From Piromyces finnis finn (Eukaryota > Fungi > Neocallimastigomycota): DNA of 64,000 nt. Where the stretch lies: assembly GCA_002104945.1 (NCBI GenBank), contig MCFH01000064.1, positions 62,001 to 126,000 of the forward strand, written 5' to 3'. The translations under genes were made by a program, and so were the position numbers. Each line of letters starts with the position of its first letter. Position 1 is the first letter of the stretch. This document shows positions 53,239-64,000 of the stretch, piece after piece. The notes under the pieces were generated by a model. The model had not been told where the DNA came from, searched no databases, and saw only the letters and a list, made by a program, of their open reading frames with translations.

Positions 53239-55729
53239 TTAATAACCTTTATAGTTTTTTCCATAATTATAGTTATTATTACTATAATTATTATTACTAT
53301 AATTACTGCTATAATTATAATTACTGTTATTGTCATAGTTATTATTACTATTTATATAATTTCTGCTATTATTATAATCATTAGAAGATTGAGTATCATT
53401 TCGAGAAGAATTGCTACTATTAGTAAATAGATTACCGTTGTAAGAACTATTAATAGTAGCAGAGAATAAAGTTGGATTTGGTTTCATTACACCATTACCA
53501 GTTTGATAATGATAGTTAAATAAATTTATTTTATTACTACTCATTTGTGTAGTAGAGTTTAATTCACTGTAAAAACGAGAACTATTCATTCCAGTAGTAC
53601 TGTTTTTGAAGCTTGTAATATCAGGATAAGCTTCATTCTTTTTAAAGGATATTTGATAAGTTTTACTTCCTATAATAATAATTAAAGTTGATAGACATAA
53701 AATTAATACTAAACCTGCTTTAATTCCAAAATGTAAATATAAATTATCAATATTAATTTTTCCAATAATAATAAACATTCCAATAATTAAAAGGTTGGTA
53801 TAAAGGGTAATAGCAACAGATCTAATATCAGATCTAAAAGCAGCTAAGTTCCATTCTGCAAAGACTAAAACACACATTACAATAATAATAATAATTTTAA
53901 TTATATATAATGCATATTGAATTATATTTCCTATTTTTCCTGAAGATGTACATGTTTGGAAATTTCTACCACCTTCAACAATAACATTTGACACCAATAA
54001 AGGATCAAGTAAATACCAGGCAATGTTCATACCAATATCAATGATTATGAAAATCATAAATACAAATCCAAAATGATCCTTAACATATTTAGATAAATTA
54101 TTTTTACTTGGGAATATAGAAATCATCTTTAAGAGTATTGGAATGTATATCATTGAAAAACCTATAGAAAGAAGTATTGGTCTAATTAAACAATTATAAT
54201 TATTAAGTTTTTGTATACCGGTCAAACAGTAGCAAGACATAATAAATATACCAAGTATAATTATACACCAATAATTAAATGGTAAAAATACAAATTGATT
54301 TCTGAAACGCTTAATAGAAACGTATATATAGGAACTAAATATTAATACAGCTGTTAAGAAAGTAAAGCCTAATATTAATATACCAGCAACTGATAAATAT
54401 TCGATATAATGAATTTTCCTTATATTATCTAATTCAATTAAAACTTCCTTGGCTGATTTATTATTTCTTTCATATATATAATTAAATACTAACTCATAAA
54501 TCTTATCTTTATATTTTTTGTAATCAATAGCCTCACTACTTGGTCTAACAATACCTTGCATTGAACTAAAGAATTCACAATCAATCTTTTTACATACTTC
54601 TGGTTCTTTGTATAAAGCATGAATAGCAGTTTTTGTTCCATAATTTGCTGAATTATATTTTTGTTCTTCATAAGAAAAAATAAAATTTAATATTTCAGTA
54701 GCAGCTTTTTTCTTTTCTTCGGAAATATATCTACTCATTGAAATACTATTTCCACCAATACCTGAAGCTGAAATACCTGGTTTTTTTCCTGGAATTGGAT
54801 AAGCTTTTAATACAGCTGGTGTTATTTCAGCTGAACCACACCATTCTAACAATGGAATTTCAGGACTAGCACGTATAAAATCGTAAATTTCTAATGGTAA
54901 ATAGAACTGTCTTAAAAATATGAAATCGGTACAAGTCATACGAGGAAATACTTCATTATCACTACCTTTAAAATCATCATCATTACTTGCCATTTGTTTA
55001 ACTCTTTTCATTTCTTCAAGTGCTTTGATGGCATTTTCACTTGTATATGAAGGAAAACCATCATTTGGATCATCTCTGTAAGAATGAATAAATTCAAGAA
55101 ATGAAATTGCACCATTTTCAATTTCATCGAAGTGTCCAATGTATCTATGTAATCTTTTATTAACCTTTATTTCTTGATTATAAATATAGTTCTCAGTTTC
55201 AATTAATTCTTCCCAAGTTTTTGGGTAAGGTTTATTATATTTATCTAAAAGGCTTTGATTAGCTATCATTACCGCATAATCAATATGATATGGTAAACCT
55301 ACAAGTCTATCATTCATGATACATGTTTTTGTTGCAGTACCTTCTCTATAATATGAAAGAACTTCTTCCGACATTCTTTCGTTTAAATCTTCAAAATGTT
55401 TGGCAAAACGTCCTGTATTTACAGTATCAATAATATAAAGATCCGCACCACTGTATTTATTTTTCTTTTTTGGAATAAAATTTTCTTGAGCTTCAGCAAT
55501 ATCTTCTGGTTTAGGAGAACTAGTTTTTCCATCACCAAAAGAAGCTTTAATGGTTATATCTTTACCAATTTTTTTAAAATGTTCATTTACAGTTTTTTCA
55601 AGATTTTGATATAGAGGGTCATCAAAAGAATAGAGAAAACCATGTATAGTAATTTCTATGGCATTAACTTTTAAATATATTGTAATAAAAATAATAAAAA
55701 ACAATATTAATTATTTTTCTCTTTATCAT
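53239..55729 (-). CDS. SBP-7TM fusion receptor number 2, intronless; the likely start ATG (55729) is one base out of frame with the 821-codon ORF
   Basis: YIIDTVNTGRF, LVGLPYHIDY, YPKTWEEL, SGIGGNSISM, 7TM including CLIRPILLSIGFSMIYIPILLK; N/Y-rich tail. Confidence 0.85.
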
Positions 55730-58700
55730 ATATCTTTTTTATTTAATTTTAATATCATTTTTTACCTCCAATAATAGTTAATAATAATATTATTAAAAAT
55801 TTTATGGATTCCATCTTGTATTTATTTTTATATAAGAGTAAAATTAACTTTTATAATATATAGGATTTCTTATATTTATTTTTTATAAAAATGGTAATCT
55901 ACATATATTTACATATATTTTTATTCAGTTTAATTTCCTTATTAATAAAATATTTTCCTTTATTTTATAATTACAATTAAATACTTATTTATAAAAGAAA
56001 ATATTTTATTTATTTATTTTTTTTTTATTATTAATTATATATAAATATTATATATATAATTTTTTTTTATTACTTTAAAGTTTTAAAAAAAAAAAAAAAG
56101 TAAAAATTTTTAGAAGATATTTAACTTCTTTATATAAGAATTTATAAAATTATTTTTTAATTTACTCATAATGATACCTTAATATATTAAATTGGAAAAT
56201 ATATGTAATTTAATTATGTAAATTTATTAAAAAAGATAATATAAAAATACTATTAATAAGCTTTAAAAATAAGTTAAATTTTATTAAAAGATTATATATA
56301 TAAATTTAAATTATAATAAAATTTAAAAAAAATATTATATATCTATGGTTATTTATTATTAATTTTCAATCTTTAAGAAATATATTTCACGTTTTATTGA
56401 ATTTTAAAACAATATTATATTTAAGATATTAATACATATAATTTATTGTATTGTATAATATAATTAGTATATACGTAATTAATTTATAACCAATATAAAA
56501 GAGTAAATGATGTTATTTACATCTACTTTTGGTATTCATATTATTTATTTTTTTGTTGTATAAACTCTATTTAATAAAGGTTATATTATAATTTTAATAT
56601 TACACAAGAAACTAAATTTTATATACTTATTATTACTTATTTTTAAATATAGTCAAATAAAAAAAAAAAAATTTTTTTGTAGTTAATTATAATGGTTTGG
56701 TTTTTGTTTATTTGCATTTTTTTAATATTATCTATAATTATATAACAAGAATACTAAGAATTTAACAAATAATAAAGTAATGCTGTTATGATAAAATTTA
56801 ATATATTCCACCAATTAAAAAAAAAACAAATGAAAAGCTTTTATTATTATTATTATTATTATTATTATCAATATTATAATATCAACTCTAATTATTAGTA
56901 ATTCATAATAATTAATATATTTTATATAAAATTTTTATTTTAATATAATTAAATGTTTTAAATTAAAGATTTGAATCGATTATGTTAAATTAATAAATTA
57001 TTTATTTATATGTATTTAATATATTAATTCCAATAATGTTTTTTTAATTTATATCAATCAATTTTAAACTTTTTTAATATTATAATCAATTTATTATTAG
57101 TATTTTTCATTAAATCAATAATAATAATAATTGGTAATATTTTTAAACAGTTTTTGATAATATTCTAATATTCTATTTTTATTTCACTATATAATTATAA
57201 AATTATTAGTTTTCATTAATGGTACAAAAGATATTGTCATTTTTTATTTCTGTAACTATAAAAAAAGTCAAAACACTAAAAAAAAAAGCACTTTTCATTA
57301 TTTAAAAGTAAACATAAAATAAAATAATAGTTGTGGTAAATTATTAAAGTACAATTAATAGTCTAACTATATATAAAAAATATATTTACTATTCATTTAT
57401 TTATTAATTTAATAATGTTTTTTCATCCAATAATCAATTAAATAATATAAGATTTTATTAAGGTTTTAAAACTTAAAATGTTTACAATATTAAATAATCA
57501 AAAATTATATTCTAATTTTCCTTTATCATTAAGAATACATATTCTATTTTAAAAGTCGTGTAACTTGACAGATATTAAAGTTGCACAAATAATCTACTTT
57601 AGAAATAAATAGTTGTAAAAATTCTATTAGAAAAATGTTTATATTTTTTTTAATAAATATATAGTCATTTGATGATAAAAAATAGTCAATTATTTAATAT
57701 AATTATTATAATATTGTAAAAGAAAAAGTTCCAAAATTAAAAAGCTTTTGATTTATTGATATTAATAAAATTGTTTTTCTATTACATATATTTTAAGCAC
57801 CACTATTTATTGATCAATGATATAAAATGTTTATATCATTCTATATTATTTAATTAATCTAAGTAGTTTAATATATTTATAATAAATTTAAAACCATCAT
57901 TTTACATTATAGAAATAGAATCTTTTTAGAAGAAAAAAATATTTTTAAAAAAAAGTAATTCTAAATCAAATGGAAATAAAAATTTTATTATTGTGGTGAA
58001 AAAATTGCAGAAAATTTAAAATGGAAAATTAAAAATTATTTTTGATTTTATAATTAATTTATTATTAAATTATAAAGATCACAAAAAAAAATGAAGTATA
58101 CAAAAAATAAAAATTAAAGTTTTAAAACGTGTAATAAATTATAAAATTTAATATTCCAATTTCATTTTTTAAGTACAAATAAAACTAAAATTAGAATTAT
58201 TATTCATAATAATTTCATAATCAATAATAAATATTTTTATTTAATAATGATTTATAAAATTTTATGTAAAATTAAAATAACTTTTTTTATAAATTTCTAA
58301 CATTAATCTATTATTTTTTAATATAAAAAATTAAATTAATTACTTATTGGATACACTAATTATTATTTTTACATTACACAATAGTAATTAAAGATTATAT
58401 GAAATCTTTAATAATTTATATATTATTGATTTACCTATCATATAATATATATAATATGATATAATATTCGTTTATTAAGATAAACTCTAAAAATATTTAA
58501 GAATCATATTAAATATAAAATTTTAATAATTATAAAATCAATAATATTATACAAATAAAGAAAATTTCAAAACACAATAATACTAATTTTTCTTTTTTTG
58601 TAATATTCTATAAAAAAAAATTTTTTAATACGTATTTTATTATTATTCATATAACAATACAAATATTTTATTTCATAAATTAGTTAAATCATTTTATTAA

Positions 58701-59547
58701 AAATCAGCATTATTTATGTTATCTTAGAATTTATTTTATAAACGTCAAAATGTTTTTCATTTTTTATACATTTTTATGCAATGATTTAATTTCTTTCAGT
58801 TTTTTTTTATATTAACTGTTTTACAAACTCATTTAATGTTTTATATTTTTACACAAATACACTGTGACAATAATAACATATAACATAAAAAAGGAATATA
58901 TAATTTTTTTTTCCAATCTCCTTACTTTTTTATATTTATTTATTTATTCAATTTTTGTTTGATAATTTGTTTTTCTAGAAATAAATATTCAATATTTTTA
59001 ATTATTTTCTACTGCTTAATAATAATTAATTAATAAACAATAATATTTTTTTTAAAAAAAAAGAAAAATACATAATGGGACATTTTTAATCAATTACGGC
59101 AGCTTTTTTTTTTTTTTTTTTTTAAAAACATAATAGTTTTGAAAAAAAATATATACTTTAAACAAATTAATTTATATAATTAAATTTATAAATTAATATT
59201 GATTTATTTTATTATATAATATACATTATAAATATAAAAAGAATTTGGTAAAACAAAAGTTTTTCTTTACATTCAATAAATTCAAAACAATTAATATTGC
59301 AGAAATGAAGGGAGATATTACTATAGATATTAAAAAATTAATTAAAAAAAAATTTTAATGGGATAAATTTTATAAATTTTATTATCCATTAAGAATTAAT
59401 ATAAATCATCCATTGTTTGAAAAAAAAAAAAAAAATTAAAAATTAAATCATTTATTTATTATTTATTTATTATTTATTTTTAATTTTATTAATATAGTCA
59501 ATATATACACAGTATATTATACAATTAATTTAATGATTAATAAATAA

Positions 59548-59830
59548 ATGTCGAACCAGTTTTTATCCTGGTTGTTAAGGCGTATTCTTAGCATAAGGCT
59601 TCTTGTTTGATCTTGCAAAAGTCAGCGCCTGTGGATTTTCCTTGACTATATGAGGCTTAATATTATGGTTGGAAATATCGTACAATATCTAATGTACATG
59701 GATTAAGTGAGGGTCGAAGCTGAAGATTCAGTATGACAGACCAGGAAAATCACTACCTAGCAATAGGAAAGAGCTAACGTTTATCTAAGAATCATCATTA
59801 GGGCTTACTCTTATTGATGGGTGAAATGCA
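59548..59830. other. Unexplained non-coding island, ~38% GC, with several base-pairing segments
   Basis: Hand count gives about 109 G+C in 290 nt, against flanks that are almost pure A/T. No long ORF in the frames I translated. Identity unknown. Confidence 0.5.
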
Positions 59831-59870
59831 CTCTGTAATTAAAAAAAAATATCATAAATTAAATATATGT

Positions 59871-62582
59871 CTATCTTTTCATTAATTCCAATAAATTATC
59901 TACATTCATATAATCATAATCGTCTTCCCCACACAATAATACTCTTGCGCTTCCATAAGGAATAATAGATTCAGGATGACTATATGCATTTAAAATCATA
60001 GCACCTTCGTCTGGATTTGGTATATTATGTCGTTTATAATATTCTTGATATTTATTAGAATTTTCAGAATATTTTGAATTATTAGAATGGTCACTCATTA
60101 TGTCAATATTAGTATATTTAGTTACAATAGAATTATCAGAATACTTTCTGGGAACTTTTTCATAATAATCTTCTTCAGGTAGTTCTTGATATGAATATTT
60201 ACTAGATGAATTGAATTTACTTTTATTATTATAGATTGTTTTCTTTTCAGCTGGAATATCTTTTTTAATGTAATAGAGTTTAAAGCCGAAAATAACAAAT
60301 ATCATATAACCTACATATAATAACTTTGGAAAAGTATGAAGATAGTAGTATTTTTTTATACTCTTAATGTCAATATATTTTAATATAATTTCAAAAATTA
60401 AAATAAAAATAGATGTGAAGATAATAAAGCTAAAATTACGAATATCTAAATAGTATTTTGGAAAATTCCGCTCAATAATCATTAAATAGGCAGTTATAAT
60501 AGTCATGACTAAATTTATAGCAATAAAACAATTAAAAAATAGATCACCAATAACTGACTCTGAATCACAAATATAAAATGATTCGTTATACTCATTGTTA
60601 GTATGAACAATATGACTTTTAAATGGTGAAAAAACTACCCAAAGAAAAGCAAATAACATTTCAATTAATAAAATAAAATTTACTACCATCGTTAGATTTC
60701 TACGAATATAACTAGGAAGTCCATAGTTATTTGGATAATTCCCCATTAAACGAGCAAAAATAGGTACTATAGATAAACTATATCCTAATAATAAAAGCCA
60801 AAACCGAAATTGGCACTTATTATTGCTAATTCTTCCAGAATTTAATGTGACATAAACCAATACAAGAATACATCCAAGAACATGTGCACACCAATTAGCA
60901 GTACTCATAAAACATAGATGTTCACTATCGTAATAATAATATATAAAAAGAAAACTAAGAATACATCCAATAAATAGTAAAATACAAAGTCCATTAATAA
61001 TAAATGATGGCCAGCTTTTAAAGTTGATACTATTATTATTAAAAATATTAACATTTCTAATCAGTGCAACTTCATAGGTGATTTCCCCCTTCACTGCTTT
61101 CGATATATTTTCTCTAAATTCAACAGAATATTTATCATAATCTTTTAAAGCACTTGGTCTTGCGATAGGTTGAAGAGATAGATATAAAGGACAGTCAATT
61201 TTTTTACATACTTCTGAATCAATATATATTTTTGGAATGGCCGGCAATTTTCCTTCAATAATTTCTTTTTGTATTTCATAACTAGTAAAAAATTCCACAA
61301 CCTTTACAGCTTCCTTTACATGGTTTGAGCTCTTTGCAATAGCAATATTGTGACCACCAACTACGGACGCCGAAATATTTTCATAAAATCCTGGAATTCT
61401 TGTATTCTTAACGGAAGTCAAGCAATAAGGAATGATATACATTGTTTTTTTGTTACATATACTTCCAACATACTGCCAATTTCTTCCAAAAATTGTCTTT
61501 CCTCCCCATAAATCTGATGCTACTTCCATTTCCGATCGATTTAAGGAATCAACTAAATTTTTTAGTTATTGATTGATTGATTGATTCAATAATTAAATTA
61601 AATATATAAAAATTTTATATATTTTTTAATTAAAGATTTTTCTGTTTTTAAAAATTTAAAATATTAAAATTATTATTTTTTCTTTTAATTTATTTTACAT
61701 ACAAGTAGCGACACCTTGGTCAATCATAGTTTTCAATATTTTTATAGTTTGAATAGCTTCACTGCTATTCAATAATGGATATTTATCAGTTACATTTTTA
61801 CGACCAGAATAGAGTAATTCTAGATCTGAACATGTAGCAGCTTCTGAATTAATATGTTGAGATGTATAACCAATAATGTTATTACCAATTTCTTTTTCAC
61901 CAGTAATAATTACTTTTGCTGTCTCTATTAATTCATTCCATGTTTTTGGAACTGGTTTATTATACTTTTGTAATAAAATTTCATTATAACCCAATACACC
62001 ATAATCAGAATATAATGGCTTAATATTATAAATTAAATAAAGTAGTTTTAGGTAAAAAAAAGATCTTTAATTATTACGTTTTGAATTTTTGTTAAAGTCA
62101 AAGGAAAAGCTCTTTATAAATAATTACTTTTTACTTACCAATGATATTAGTTCGTTCTCTGGTGTTGTACAAGTGTCAATGGATGAGGGTATAAAGGAGT
62201 CAATTATTTTTTTTGATATAAAAGGTTTTAAATCTACAAAATAATCAGAAAACCTTCCACTATAAATAACATCATATGCAACTAAATCAAGATTTTCATC
62301 ATTATCATTTTTTTTTACTGAATATTTTAAGTAGGAATCTAATTTATTTGCTATTTCATCTGAAGTTAAACTTGTATTAGCATTATTTAATATATTTAAC
62401 TCTAAAGAAATATCTAAAGATTGTTGAATAGAATACTCATTAAATCTTTTTACTAATTCAGTGTAATAGTTATCCGTATCTGAATATGTGAATGCGTATA
62501 ATACAAGATTTGTATTATTAGCTATAATTAAATTAATCAGAGTAAATATAATTAATAAATAAATGTATTTATCATTTTTCAT
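59871..62582 (-). CDS. SBP-7TM fusion receptor number 3, 3 exons
   Basis: Signal MKNDKYIYLLIIFTLINLIIA; LVAYDVIYSGRF, LISL|PLYSDYG, VPKTWNEL, VAT|FDS, IFGRNWQY, SVVGGHNIAI; 7TM including CQFRFWLLLLGYSLSIVPIFAR. Confidence 0.88.
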
Positions 62583-64000
62583 TTTGTCCTATATTTATTT
62601 TCTTTTTAATCAGGGCCTGAGTAAAATATACAATGATTTCTTTATACTTTTTTGAATTTTATAATTTAAAAAAAAAAAAAAAAGTTAGATTAAATTAAAA
62701 TTTAAAAATTAATGCTTAATTACTCATAATTAAAAAGTAAAATAAAAAATAGATATTCGCTTTATTTTAATTCTTCAAAATATCAGAAAAAAATTGTTAA
62801 GGAAGAAGTTCTTTAACATGTATATAATTAATATTTTACTAATAATTATATTGATTCCTAGTTTTATAAAGATTTTTAGTAAAATATTCTAAGAAAATAA
62901 TTAGAAATTAATTTTAATATTAATATTTTGTTTTCATTAAAATTATAATATGGTCAATTTTTTTTATAATTTAACATTTTGATAATTTTTACTAATTAAA
63001 ATAATTGTTAAAAAGATGTAAAATAACGTTAATATTAATCCTTTAATCTTTTAATTATTAATAAGAATTTTAATGAAACTATTTTAATACTATTATATTA
63101 TTAGTGTATTTATCTTCTAATAAATAATCCATCATCAAATTATTAAATCAATTATGAATTTAATTTGATATTAATTAATTTTGAGTAACATATTACTACA
63201 TAAATTAAAGTTTATTAAGTAATAAATGTTTTAACATTCATAAAAAATAAACATAATTATGATAAATTAAATGAATTATACTAATTTTTATTTTTATTTT
63301 TTAAACTTTACAATATCATAGAGCAATTATGAATAAAATATTTTTTTTTTTTTGAATTTCCTATTATATGAATTTATAATTTATAAAAAAAATATTAATA
63401 TTCAACTTTTAAAACTTAATACTTATGAAGCATTATTCATTTAAAATTTATAAATGAATAAACTGTTCAATTAGAAAATAATAAATACATAATTTTAATT
63501 TTTCATTAATAAATCAAATCTTTAAATTTTTAAATAATAAATATTTTTATATTTTCATTTTTATAAGAAAATGATTCATTATTTAATTTATATATAAAAC
63601 ATAAATGATAATAGGAATAATATAGGTTGAATCACTACCACCCTCAATTCTTTAAAGTTAAAATTTGAATTATATATATAAATAATTCAATTATATTATT
63701 ATTATTATTTGTAGTAGTCAAGTAATGTTTAAACTAATTAAGAATTTTTAATAATACTTGTTCCAATCCAATTTACATTAATATATATCTTTGTTACTCA
63801 AATTATGAATAATATATTTAGTATATTCCGTTTGCTAACTTTTTATTTATTTATTGTATTTAACGAATGAATTGAGTTTTATTATTAAAATTCAATTTTA
63901 GAATTAAAATAAATGAGAAATGTGTACTATAAATTATATTCTATTTATAGAAATTAAAAGATATTTGTTTATAAAATAATTATAAAATGCTATAGAATAA

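Noticed and set aside
59590-59812. RNase MRP/P, hammerhead, twister, group I intron or telomerase RNA identity for the GC island
   Set aside because: The P4 strands do not pair (aagtcagc versus gggctt). CTGAAGA...GAAA lacks a valid stem II. The group I elements are in the wrong order. There is only one TTAGGG-like unit. It is left unassigned.

Overview
Very AT-rich, intron-containing eukaryotic DNA. The CBM10-type fungal dockerins, the solute-binding-protein (SBP)/7TM receptor fusions and the extreme AT bias point to an anaerobic gut fungus (Neocallimastigomycota; inference). Genes from left to right: RPL29, protein phosphatase 1 catalytic subunit, a kinesin-7, a SET-domain protein with an N-terminal membrane anchor, an intronless double-Stealth protein, an SBP anchored at both ends but lacking a 7TM domain, a PP4R4-like HEAT protein, a secreted HExxH protein (DUF6055-like) with two dockerins, a Zn alcohol/aldehyde dehydrogenase, an orphan secreted ORF, and three SBP-7TM (class C-like) receptors. 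One APE-type LINE family is present as an intact 1505-aa copy, an internally deleted copy joined head-to-tail to it, and two 5'-truncated copies. A poly(A)-only insertion lies nearby. The most interesting leads are the LINE junction, where both copies begin at a perfect splice donor; the SBP-receptor array with divergent ligand pockets plus a receptor-less SBP; the membrane-anchored SET domain; a putative cellulosomal metallopeptidase; and an unexplained ~38% GC island at 59548-59830. All gene models were spliced by eye and family names come from motif recognition, not database searches.
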